A stretch of DNA of 63,271 bases, filler included, from Squatina squatina (taxonomy: Eukaryota), in NCBI GenBank assembly GCA_031763465.1. It is 4 parts of 4 records of this genome, joined end to end, with 100 filler letters (N's around TTAATTAATTAA, not from the genome) between each part and the next. Parts side by side here need not be neighbours in the genome. Positions count along the whole stretch, not along the records: positions 1 to 18,235 come from JARFOE010000219.1; positions 18,336 to 33,738 come from JARFOE010000019.1; 2 more parts are not named here. One strand, given 5' to 3'. Shown in pieces: positions 12,997-25,200 of this stretch. The first letter of the stretch is position 1; every line of letters begins with the position of its first letter. The position numbers were made by a program, and so were the translations under genes. The notes under the pieces are model-generated. The model saw nothing but the letters and a program-made list of their open reading frames with translations. It was not told the DNA's origin and ran no database searches.

Positions 12997-13432
12997 GAGA
13001 TGGGGAGAGAGAATGAGACGGGGAGAGAGAGACGAAGGAGGGAGAGAGAGAGACGGGGCAGAGAGAGCGAGATGGGGAGAGAGAGCGTGACGTGGAGAAG
13101 GAGAGAGACGGGGAGAGAGAGATGGGGGAGAGAGAGAGTGAGACAGGGAGAGGGAGAGATGGGGAGAGAGAGAATGATGGGGAGAGAGATGGTTAGAGAA
13201 AGCGATATTTAGAGAGACAGGGTGAGAGAGAGAGATGGGGAGAGAGAGAGACATGGTGAGAGAGGAAGCGAGATAGTGAGAGAGAGTGAGACGGGGAGAG
13301 AGAGAGAGGGGGAAGAGAGAGAGACAGGGCAGAGAGAGCGAGATGGGGAGAGAGAGCGTGACAGCGGAGAGAGTGAGACAGGGAGATGGAGAGATGGGGA
13401 GAGAGAGATGTTTAGAGAAAGCGATATTTAGA
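12997..13432. repeat. Compound GA-rich repeat (GAGATGGGGAGAGAGA units)
   Basis: Purine-rich strand with recurring units; AGAGAAAGCGATATTTAGA occurs twice (about 13195 and 13414). Ends at a gap. Confidence 0.9.
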
Positions 13433-13532
13433 NNNNNNNNNNNNNNNNNNNNNNNNNNNNNNNNNNNNNNNNNNNNNNNNNNNNNNNNNNNNNNNNNNNN
13501 NNNNNNNNNNNNNNNNNNNNNNNNNNNNNNNN

Positions 13533-14340
13533 GTGCGTCCCGTCCCTGATTCAATAATAATTTTCTTAGTATATCCCGTATGCTATCCTCTTCCTGTACT
13601 GTAAATACTGATACAAAGTAATTGTTCAACATGTCCACCATTTCCTTATTTTCATTTACAATATCACCGTTATCAGTTTTCGAGGGACCCACTTTGCTCC
13701 TGACCACTCTCTTTTTCCTAATATAATTACAAAAAATCTTTTGTGTTGTTTTTGATATCCCTTGTAAGTTTCTTTTCATAGCTGCTACTATCTGTTTTGT
13801 CACCTTTTGTTGTTCTTTGGGTCTCTCCCATTCGCCAGGATCTGTGCTAGTTTTTGCATTTTTGTATGCTTTTTCTTTTAGTTTTATGTTGTCTCTTACC
13901 CCTTTAGTTGTCTATGGTTGTGTTTTTGGCAAGTAGAGCTCTCGCCCCTTAGGGGTATAAACTGATTATCAAATTGAATTCTTTTTTGAACACCTCACTA
14001 ATCCTGCCCTTGTGGGTTCTAGGACATATTGTTGCAGAAAACTATCCTGAACACACTCAAGAAATTCACTATATTTTGACATGAGCTTGTCTGCTTATCG
14101 CAATCTATATGATTGTTAAAATCTCCCATTAAAACCACTCTGCCTCTGCCACATGCTTGTTTAATCTCTGCATCTATACATTCTGCAACTTCACAGCTGC
14201 TACCAAGGGGGCTATACAAAACTTACATACAGCTTTAAATTCTTTTCTATTTCTTAATTCTACCCATAGAGTCTCCACTACCTACTTATTTCTCCTCATA
14301 TCCTAGCTTATCATTGAAGTGACTTCATCCTTAATCACTA
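13533..14340 (-). mobile_element. CR1 LINE endonuclease/linker fragment
   Basis: RVVLMGDFN and KTDNGDIVNENKEMVDMLNNYFVSVFT; same family as 8200-10395. Confidence 0.85.
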
Positions 14341-14440
14341 NNNNNNNNNNNNNNNNNNNNNNNNNNNNNNNNNNNNNNNNNNNNNNNNNNNNNNNNNNNN
14401 NNNNNNNNNNNNNNNNNNNNNNNNNNNNNNNNNNNNNNNN

Positions 14441-15193
14441 GAAATCAACGCTGCCTCCAGTGTGCCTGCACAGCCTTCGGTTGCTTGAGGAAAAGTGTGT
14501 TTGAAGATAAAGACCTCAAACCCAGCACCAAGCTCATCGTCTACAGGCAGCAGTGATACCCGCCCGCCTGTATGTGCTGGAGACATGGTCAATGTACAGC
14601 AGGCACCTCAAAGCACTGGAGAAGTACCACCAATGATGCCTCCTCAAAATCCTGCAAATCCACTGGCAGGATAGGCGTACCAATGTTAGTGTCCTCTCTC
14701 AGGCCAACATGCCCAGCGTCGAGGCACTGGTCACGCTCAATCAGCTGCGTTCGGCGGGCCATATCGTCCGCACACCTGATATAAACTCCCGAAACGAACA
14801 CTCTATTCCAAACTTCGTCACGGAAAATGATTACCAGGAGGGCAGAGGAAGCGCTTCAAGGAGGTCCTCAAAGACTCCCTGAAAAAATGTAACATCCCCA
14901 TTGACTCATGGGAATCTCTGGCCCAAGACTGCCCGAACTGGAGCAGAAGCATTCACAAAGGTGCCAACCACTTTGAGCTTCTCCGGCGGGAGCACGTGGA
15001 GGACAAGCGCAGGCAACGGAAGGAGCGTGCGGAAACCCGAGCATCCCACCCACTCCCCCCATCAAATACCACCTGCTCCACCTGTGGCAGAGCTTGCGGA
15101 TCCAGTAGAGGACTATTTAGTCACCTCAGAACCCACAACTCCAGAGTGGAAACAAGTCATCCTGGTCCCCGAGCAACTACCTAAGAGAAGAGA
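14441..15193 (+). mobile_element. RTE-clade LINE 3' portion
   Basis: Frameshifted motifs AFG-LRK-VF-DKDLKPSTKL, LLKILQIHWQDRRTNVSVL, GGQRKRFK and C-terminal CSTCGRAC...LFSHLRTH; AAGAG-type tail. Confidence 0.85.
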
Positions 15194-16701
15194 TTGCAAA
15201 CAATTTCATGTGGTAAAGCAATTCTAAAATGAAAACAATGAATGGATTCCTGTTCCTGACATGACAGGAGCACAAGAAAACCCAATCAGTTGCTTGTTTA
15301 AGCACAAGCCCTGACCTTGTGTGCTTATTTGACTCTAACATGGGCTGCAGAGCAAAGCAGCTGCTCTGTGTCTGTGTGACCAGTTTATCTGCCAATATGA
15401 CTCTTTCCATTGCTCGCAAACAGTGCCTCTTGGTGGGTAAAACAGCATTACTAAGCTACTCTCGGCCCTGAGTTATTTACTAACTTGCAGATATTATATG
15501 CCAGATGCAGATTTGAACAGCTCCAAAGGGCATTTAGTACTCACATGTTTACTTGCTTGATGTTTTGCACCTCTTCCACTGTGCCTCATTTCAAATATAC
15601 TTGAAGTGTAAACAGGGATCTTTCTCCCAGCTCAAGGTTAACAGCCACTGAGAATTTATTTGGTTCTTCATGGTGGAACTGGGGCAGCTGGCAAAAATCT
15701 GGTACCATATCAGCCAGGAGCAATTTACAGTGCTAANNNNNNNNNNGCTAATGTGCTATGATATCAAGATTGGACAATGGTAAGGAGCCAATCTTACACT
15801 AAGTTAAATCTAGATATTGTAGCACGTGATAGTGAAGGTAACGGTTTTTACTGTGAAACGCCAGAATATACATCTCTCTCTCTCTCCCATCTGTGCCAAC
15901 TTTCTCCCTTCCGCTCCTGAAGGCATTGACTCAAGACAGTTGCATGGGTGTCCCTTCCATAACTCTACTAAATGACCAATTTCCACAAATATGCTTAGAT
16001 AGTAAGAGCTGGCAGGCCAAGGGCAGGGACGGTCTGATCCTGATCTCACTGAATGTCCACACACATGCACATTTCCAGCAGTGATCAATAGCGTAGACAT
16101 TTGCTGATTCTTGCTCTCTTCAGCCCAGGGTATTGAAGGACAACTGTAGCATTGTCACTGATGCTGAATCTAAGCTCAGTTAATGCAACACAGAGCAAGA
16201 ATCCAGCCTGGGTCATTCTGCTCTGAAGATTGCTGCACATTCACTTTGCCAAATGACCATTGGGCAGGTTCCATCTCCCTCAATATTTATGTTTATATGA
16301 TCTCACTGCTGAGCCAAAGGGAGCACACACCACACATACATAATCATCATGCACCTTAATAGTCACTCTGCTAGTCACAAAGGTGCATGGCCACTATAAC
16401 TAGTGACGAGGTAAATACACTGTAATAATACAAACTCTCANNNNNNNNNNNNNNNNNNNNNNNNNNNNNNNNNNNNNNNNNNNNNNNNNNNNNNNNNNNN
16501 NNNNNNNNNNNNNNNNNNNNNNNNNNNNNNNNNNNNNNNNNNNNNNNNNNNNNNNNNNNNNNNNNNNNNNNNNNNNNNNNNNNNNNNNNNNNNNNNNNNN
16601 NNNNNNNNNNNNNNNNNNNNNNNNNNNNNNNNNNNNNNNNNNNNNNNNNNNNNNNNNNNNNNNNNNNNNNNNNNNNNNNNNNNNNNNNNNNNNNNNNNNN
16701 N

Positions 16702-18195
16702 GAGGGTTTAAACTAATTTGGCAGGGGGATGGGCACCAGGATGTAACATTAGAAAGGAGAAACAAAGGATGCAAAGGATTGGGAGGGACAGATCGCACTC
16801 GAGTAAGAAATAGTCCGGCATTAGGTGGGGTCAGACTAAGACAGAATACAAGACGGTCTAAGATAGGCTTACAGTACATGTGTGTGAATGCACGAAGCTC
16901 AGTAAACAAGGTTGGTGAGCTGCAGGTGCAAATAGCCACATGGGAACATGATGTTGTGGCGATAACAGAGACCTGGCTAAAAAAGGGCAGGATTGGGTAT
17001 TAAATATTCCTGGATATAGGGTGTTCAGGAAAGATAGGAGGTGGTGTGGCAGTATTGGCTAAGGGGAATGTTACAGTGCTGGAGAGGGAGGATGTCCTGG
17101 AGGGGTCAAGGACAAAATCTATATGGTTAGAGTTAAGAAATAATAGAGGTGCCATTACACTACTTGGTGTATTCTATAGACCACCAACTCGTGGGAAGGA
17201 TATAGAGGAGCAAATTTGCAGGGAAATTACAGAGGTGCAATAACAATACAGTAGTGATAATGGGGGACTTCAACTATCCGAATATAGACTGGGATAGTAA
17301 TAGTGTCAAGGGCAGAGAGGGGGTAGAATTTCTGCAGGAGAACTTTCTTGATTAGTACGTTTCCAGCCCAGTGAGGAACGAGGCATTGCTGCCTCTGGCT
17401 CTGGGGAATGAGGTGGAGTAAGAGTCAGTAGGGGAACATTTGAGAACAGTGATCATCGTATCGTAAGGTTTAGATTAGCTATGGAAAAGGACAAAGAACA
17501 ATCTAGAGTAAAAATATTTAATTGGAGGAAGACCAATTTCAGTGGGTTGAGAACGAATCTGGCCCAGATAAATTGGAATCAAAGATTGGCAGACAAACTA
17601 ATAAAACAATGGGCTGCCTTTAAAGAAGATGCTGCCAAAGTCATAGTGAAACAGGAGGTAGTGGAGATACTGGGTGGGATAAAAATTGATTGAGAGGAGG
17701 TACTAGAAATGCTGTCTACACTTAAAGTAGATAAGTCACCAGGACTGGATAGGATGCATCCTAGGATGCTGAGGGAAGTTACGGTGGAAATCGGGGAGGT
17801 ACTGGTTATAATCTTCCAATCCTCCTTAGACACAGGAATGGTGCCAGAGGACTGGAGAATTGCAAATGTTAAACACTTGTTCAAAAAAGTGTGTAAGGAT
17901 AAACCCAGCCACTATAGGCCAGTTGCGGGGAAGCTTTTAGAAACGATAATCCGGGACAAAATTAACAATGTGGACAAGTGTGGATAAATTAAGGGAAGCC
18001 AGCATGGATTTGTTAAAGGCAAATCGTGTTTAACTAACTTGATCAAGTCTTCTTTTGAGGTAGCAGAGAGGGTTGATGAGGGCAATGTGGTTGACATGGT
18101 GTACATGGACTTCTAAAAGGCGTTTGGTAAAGTGTCACGTGACAGGATTAGAATAAAATGGCAGCATGGGTACAAAATTGATTAAGTGACAGAAA
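16702..18195 (+). mobile_element. CR1 LINE ORF2 (endonuclease plus RT start), internally deleted
   Basis: NARS..NKVGEL, DVVAITETWL, GVFYRPP, MGDFNYP, KSPGLDRMHPRMLRE, QHGFVKGKSCLTNL. Confidence 0.9.
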
Positions 18196-18235
18196 ACCGC
18201 TCTCTGCAGGAGTACTTCAGCTAGTCCCAACTCCC

Positions 18236-18335
18236 NNNNNNNNNNNNNNNNNNNNNNNNNNNNNNNNNNNNNNNNNNNNTTAATTAATTAANNNNNNNNN
18301 NNNNNNNNNNNNNNNNNNNNNNNNNNNNNNNNNNN
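18236..18335. other. Artificial scaffold linker
   Basis: 44 N + TTAATTAATTAA (18280-18291) + 44 N; stop codons in all six frames. Confidence 0.95.
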
Positions 18336-18339
18336 ACAC

Positions 18340-18740
18340 AGTTGTTTCAGACCCAAGTTTCTCACTCTCAAACTGAATGCTAAATTCTATCATGTTATGA
18401 TCACTACTTCCTCGGGGAGCTTTTACTCTGAGATCATTTATTAAACCTGCCTAATTACACATTACGAAATCCAAAATAGCCTGTTCACTGGTTGGCTCCA
18501 TAACGTATTGCTCTAGGAAACTACCCCGAATGCACTCTATGAATTTGTTCTCGTGGCTACCATTTCCAATTTGATTAACCCAATCAACATGAAGATTAAA
18601 GTCACCCATGATTAATGCACTACTCTTTTTACATGCCCCCATTATTCCTTGATTTATACCATTTTCTACTGTTTGGGGGCCTATACACTACTCCTACCAC
18701 TGTCTTCTTTCCCTTATCTCCACCCAAATGGACTTCGTCT
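18340..18740 (-). mobile_element. CR1 endonuclease fragment
   Basis: LIMGDFNLHVDW, FLEQYVMEPT-EQAILD and SDHNMIEF. Confidence 0.85.
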
Positions 18741-19494
18741 GAGCGTAGATCGCCTTTGACAACTGTTTTTGTAATCTTTTCCCAAGGCATGTTAAGGGGA
18801 TTTAAATCGCGACACTTGGTAAATGTTTATTTGACTTTATTTGGAATGACCAAAGCTGTGCAGTAGATGGACTTAACTATGAATTAAGTGATGCAAAATC
18901 AGTTGAACAGGTCCAAGTGCTTGGCATAAGAAATGAATGTTTTTTCTTACACCGTAACAGCAAGCGTCGAAGGAAGTGTTTCAGACACTGTGTAATTGAA
19001 GCATGAAAAGAATGCAGATTAATAGAAAATTTGCATAAAGGGCCATATTTGCCAGCAGTTGTTCTTTCAGAATGGATGGTTTGTCTTTTTAGCTTGCTGC
19101 CTTTTCAGTAAAAGATTGTGATGTGTCTCTTCCTTTGGTCTCTCAAAAGCAGATGCAAATTGGACTATTTCAGCCATTGAGGAGAGCTGTCTGTGATTTA
19201 TTGTTTGAATGCCACAGTGCTTTGGCACTATAGAGACCACATAATAGTATTCACCGTGTCATGCCTGTTGAGAGCCCCAGCTTCTGCTAAAAGGGGCCAG
19301 GAATGTCAATTTAAGTCTTAACGTGTATTTTGAATTAATTGCCCACACACAATATTAATTGAAAGGTACTTTTAATTGAATTTTGTACTTTATGGAAAGA
19401 CATTTGATTCATATCAAGTCTCTAATGCTTAGTTGTGTAATTTGTGTACAATCTTTCATTTTGAAGGTATTTTATATATAGACCTAACAAGTCA

Positions 19495-19760
19495 GCATCT
19501 TACAAAGTATTTACAGCACAGAAACAGGCCATTCAGCCCAGCAGACCCGTGCTCCGCGCTGGCGTTTATGCTCCACATGAGTCTCCTCCCATCCCTCTTC
19601 ATCAAACCCCATCAACATAACCCTCTATTCCTTTCACCCTCATGTACTTATTTAGCTTCCCATTCAATGCATCTATGCTTTTTACCTCAACCACTCCTTG
19701 TGGAAGCAGGTTCCACATTCTAACCCCTCTCCTGAATTCCCTGTTGGATTTGCCAGTGAC
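19495..19760 (-). mobile_element. CR1 3' end fragment
   Basis: Reverse complement of the CR1 3' end seen at 33180-33370. Confidence 0.7.
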
Positions 19761-19903
19761 TATTTAAGAACACTCTGGATATGTCGGTCCATTAAGCAAG
19801 TGCNNNNNNNNNNNNNNNNNNNNNNNNNNNNNNNNNNNNNNNNNNNNNNNNNNNNNNNNNNNNNNNNNNNNNNNNNNNNNNNNNNNNNNNNNNNNNNNNN
19901 NNN

Positions 19904-20040
19904 ATCAAGGGATATGGAGAGGAAGCAGGAACAGGGTCCTGAATTTCAATGATCAGCCATGATCATATTGAATGGCAAAGCAGGTTTGAAGGGCCTAATG
20001 GCCTACTCCTGCTCCTATTTTCTATGTTTCTATGTTTCTA
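19904..20040 (+). mobile_element. CR1 3' terminus
   Basis: GATCAGCCATGATCATATTGAATGG...(TTTCTATG)n tail; similar copies at about 39930-40056 and 57060-57160. Confidence 0.8.
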
Positions 20041-20918
20041 TCCAATTTTTCTTTCCCTCACTTTATTATCTTCTGTACCTGATTTGACTGAGTTCAATAA
20101 TTTAACTGACACTTCCTGGTTCAAATTCTGTGTTGCTCATTAATGATTCTAAAATCTGATTGGTTAAGGAGATGCACAGCACCTGCTCGCATGTGCCCCG
20201 GTTGTGCTGTAGAGGGCGCTGTGCTGTTTGGATAATTGTCTGACAGGAACTTCCAATGCAAAAGTCCGTAGAAAGTCTTTGTGCAAGTATAACAATGTTT
20301 GCCACTGACTGCAAAATCTGGCCGTTCTTCCCACTTTCTGCCGTTGTTTACGTTGTTTGCTTCTTCTGGCCACCCCTGAAAACACAGAAATCAATATTTG
20401 GGACCAGCATGCATGCCGGTCTGGACTTGTCTGAAAAAGACCTGGAAAAATAGCTGAGTTGCAATAATAGCACACACACCATATTAGTGGAAAGGTACTT
20501 TTAATTGAATTTTGTACATTATGGAAAGGCATTTGATTCACATGAAGTCTGTGAAGCTTAGCTGTGTAATTTCTGTATGCATTTTTTTCATTTTGCAGAT
20601 ATTTAATATATAGTCCTATAATGTACAGGACAGCATCTGTAGGGTTGCATAAATGTAATGGCTTTATCAGTACTGATTTTTTTGAGCTCCGATACATCTG
20701 GATCAGCAGTCCAACCAGTTTCTATCTCAATTTTTGCATTTTGCCTTGGAGCCATATTCATAATCATGGGCCCAGATACTGTGGTTAGCGGTGAAGTGAT
20801 GGCTCTCGCCACTGGTCTCGCAGAAAACTGCTCACAAAGATTTAGCAATCTCTGTGAGGTCGATTTCATCTCTCCTGATGTTAATTTGAATTTCATGTCA
20901 AGTCTAGTGGATCTGCAG

Positions 20919-21076
20919 CATAGAAACATAGAAGATAGGAGCAGGAGTCGGCCATTCGGCCCTTCGAGCCTGCTGCACCATTCAATGAGATCATGGCTGA
21001 TCTTCCAAATTCAGTATCCTGTCCCTGCTTTCTCCCCATATCCTTTGCTCCCTTTAGCCTTAAGAGCTATATCTAA
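20919..21076 (-). mobile_element. CR1 3' terminus
   Basis: CATAGAAACATAGAA tail followed by the reverse complement of the family at 19904. Confidence 0.8.
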
Positions 21077-22053
21077 NNNNNNNNNNNNNNNNNNNNNNNN
21101 NNNNNNNNNNNNNNNNNNNNNNNNNNNNNNNNNNNNNNNNNNNNNNNNNNNNNNNNNNNNNNNNNNNNNNNNNNNNTTAAAAGCTTATCTTTATTTGACA
21201 ATTCTCCAGCTGTTTTTATATTACAGGCAATGTCAATCCTTCCTGATGTGAGACCACATTTAGCATATGATTTTTGATATCTAACTGGCTGGAAGCCTGT
21301 CCTCCTGTAGTTACATTGGGATGCAATTCAATTGCTTTAACCATAACTGAAGAACTTTAGTGACTCAAAGCAGCCACACCACTGCTTTTTAACATGTTTC
21401 TGTTTACGCGATGCAAGCTATGGCCCCGTTTAAAAACCGGATCGTGGTGGCAGTGTCAAATCAAGGTTGCATGTTAAGTTTTTATGAGATTGCTTTGTTC
21501 AGATGCATCATGTCAAAAAAGTAGCGTTTTATTCGATTAACGGTACTGATTTGTCACCGTACCTGGCTGCATTTTTATACATTTACTACCTGATTTATTC
21601 CTCATTTCCCCCCACCCGACACAACTTGAAACGTAAATCACGAAAGAAATAAATCATCTCCCCTTTTTGTTTGCCATGAGCACATGTACATAACTTTGTC
21701 TCCGCTGGAAGGTGTATGCCTGCTCCAAAATATTTAAATATTTTATAAGACGGTACACAATAAATTTTGTGTATGGGCCACTGCTTTTATTGGACGGTGT
21801 GGATTCATTCTTTCTCCTCTGTCGAAAATGATAACGCTCCTTACAATCGTTGCTGAAAACACGGGAATGTTTGGTCTCGTGTTGAGCTAAATGGGGCTTT
21901 CAGTCAGCCTCCTTGTGTTAGTTTGATGATGAGCACAGTTAATTACAGTACACTGACTTTCATGAGCACTACATTTTATGCATATTTCTGTCATTTTGTA
22001 CTGTTTCCTGTGCTGAGGTGCAGAGATTGTAAATTCTGTGATAGGGCAGATTT

Positions 22054-22172
22054 TCTCTCCTGTTCTTCCTGGGTTGCTCTCCTGTTCTTACTGTGTTGCT
22101 GTCCTGCTCTTTCTGTGTTTTTCCTCTGCCCTTTCTGTGTTGCTCTCCTGTTCTTACTGTGTTGCTCTCCTG
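22054..22172. repeat. Tandem repeat, about 22-bp unit CTCTCCTGTTCTTACTGTGTTG
   Basis: About 5 imperfect copies running into a gap. Confidence 0.75.
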
Positions 22173-22272
22173 NNNNNNNNNNNNNNNNNNNNNNNNNNNN
22201 NNNNNNNNNNNNNNNNNNNNNNNNNNNNNNNNNNNNNNNNNNNNNNNNNNNNNNNNNNNNNNNNNNNNNNNN

Positions 22273-25200
22273 TGTACAGTATCTATTATACTCACTGTCA
22301 TTAACAACTGTACAGTATCTATTCTACACACTGCCATCAACAACCTGTACAGTATCTATTATACACAGTCAGTGACACCCTGTACAGTATCTATGAAACA
22401 CACTGCCATTAACAACCTGTACAGTATCTATTATACACAATCATTGACACCCTGTACAGTATCTAATAAACACATCGTCAATAACACCCTGTACAGTATC
22501 TTCTATACACAACCATTAACACCCTGTACAGTATCTATTATACACAGTCAATAAGACCCTGTACAATATCTATTATACACACTGTAATTAACAACCTGTC
22601 CAGTATCTATTATACACACTGTCATTAACACCCTGTACAGTATCTATTATATAAGCTGTTGTTAATATAATGCACACTCTCTATTAAACACGCTGACATT
22701 AACACCCTGTACAGTCTCTATTATACAGCCTCTCATTAGCACACTGTACAGTATCTGTTATACACACTGCCACTAACACCCTGTACAGTATCTATTATAC
22801 ACACTGCCATTAACACCCTGTACAATATCTATTATACACACTGTCATTAACACCCTGTACAACATCTATTACACTCATTGTCATTAACACCCTGTACAGT
22901 ATCTATTATAAGCTGTCATTAATATAATGCACACTAAATATTATAGACACTGAATTAACACACAGTACAGTATCTACTATACACACTGCCTATAACACCC
23001 TGTACAGTATCTATTATGCACATAGCCATTAACAACCTGTACAGTATCTATTATAAGCTGTCATTAATATAATGCACACTAAATATTATAGACACTGAAT
23101 TAACACATTGTACAGTATCTACTATACACACTGCCTATAACACCCTGTACAGTATCTATTATGCACACAGCCATTAACAACCTGTACAGTATCTATTAAA
23201 TACACTGTCCTTAACATGCTGTACAATACCTTCATACTCACTGTCATTAACTCCCTGAACAGTATCTATTATATAAACCCTCATTAATATAATGCACACT
23301 CTCTATTATAGACACTGAATTAACACCCTGTACAATATCTATTAGACACACTGACATTCACACCTTGTGCAGTATGTATTATGCACACAGTCATTAACCT
23401 GTACAGTATCTATTATACTCACTGTCATTAACACCCTGTACAGTATCTATTATATAGGCTGTCATTAATATAATGTACACTCTCTATTAAACACACTGAC
23501 ATTAATAGTTTGTACAGTTTTTATTATACACACTGTGATCAACATCATATACTGAATCTGTTGTACACACTGTCCTTAACACCCTGTACAGTCTCTATTA
23601 TACACCCTCTCATAAACACACTGTACAGTATCTATTAGAAAAGCTGTCATTAACACCTGTACAGTAGCGATTAAACTCACTGACATTAACACCCTCTACA
23701 GTATCTATTATATAAGCTGTTATTAACACCCTGTACAGTATCGATTATACTCTGTCATTAACAACTTTACAGTATCGATTATACACACTGCCATCAACAC
23801 CATGTACAGTATCTATTATACACACAGCCATCAACACCCTGTACAGTATTTATTATAGACACTGCCATTAACACCCTGTACAGTGTCTATTATACACACT
23901 GTCACTCACACACTGTACAGTATCTATTACACACACTGTAATTAACACCCTGAAACAGTGTCTATTATACACACTGCCATTAACACACTGCACAGTCTCT
24001 ATTATGCACACTGCCATTAAAACACTCTGCAGTATCTATTATACACACTGCCATTAACACATTGTACAGTATCTGTTATACACACTGTCATTAACGCCCT
24101 GTACAGTACCTATTATACACATTGTCATTAACACCCTGTACAGTATCTATTATAAAAGCTGTCATTAACGCCCTGTACAGTATCTATTATACACACTGTC
24201 ATTAACACACTGTACAGTATCTATTATAAACACTGTCAGTAACACCCTGTACAGTATCTATTATAAAAGCTGTCATTAACGCCCTGTACAGTATCTATTA
24301 TACACACTTTCATTAACACACTCCGCAGTATCTATTATAGACACTGCCATTAACACCCTGTACAGTGTCTATTATACACACTGCCATTAACACACTGTAC
24401 AGTATCTATTATACACACTTCCATTAACACCCTGTACAGTATCTGTTATAGACACTGCCATTAACACATTCTGCAGTATCTATTATACACACTCTCATTA
24501 ACACCCTGTACACTATCTATTATACAGTCATTAACACCCTGTGCAGTATCTATTATAGACACTGCCATTACCACTCTGTATAGTGTCTATTATACACACT
24601 GCCATTAACACACTCTGCAGTATCTATTATACACACTCTCATTAACACCCTGTACACTATCTATTATACAGTCATTAACACCCTCTGCAGTATCTATTAT
24701 ACAGACTGTCATTCACTCACTGTACAGTATCTACTATTCACATTGTCATTAACACCCTGTACAGTGTCTATTATACACACTGCCATTAACACACTCTGTA
24801 GTATCTATTATACACACTGCCATTAACTTACTCTGCAGTATCTATTATACACACTGTCATTTACGCCCTGTACAGTATCTATTATAAAAGCTGTCATTAA
24901 CTCCCTATACAGTATCTATTATACTCACTGTCATTAACACCCTGTACAGTATCTATTATAAAATCTATCATTAACACCCTGTACAGTATCTATTATTCAC
25001 TCTGTCAGTAACTATTATAAAAGCTGTCATTAACACCTGTACAGTATCTACTATACTCACTCTCATTAACACCCTGTACCATATCTATTATACACATTGT
25101 CATTAACACCCTGTGCAGTACCTATTATTCACATTGTCAGTAACTATTATAAAAGCTGTCATTAACACCTGTACAGTATCTATTATACTCACTCTCATTA

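Noticed and set aside
12979-13549. Arg/Glu-rich and Ser/Leu-rich ORFs
   Set aside because: They are translations of a GA-rich simple repeat; the same applies to 2561-2962.
18280-18291. Conserved TTAATTAATTAA motif as a biological site
   Set aside because: It is always centred in exactly 44+44 Ns, so it is a synthetic linker.
20203-20221. CTCF-like motif GCTGTAGAGGGCGCTG
   Set aside because: The 5' half departs from the consensus, and a single motif cannot be supported without binding or conservation data.
20164-21251. 177-aa and 197-aa ORFs as genes
   Set aside because: No recognisable domain; the longer one runs into a CR1 tail and a gap.
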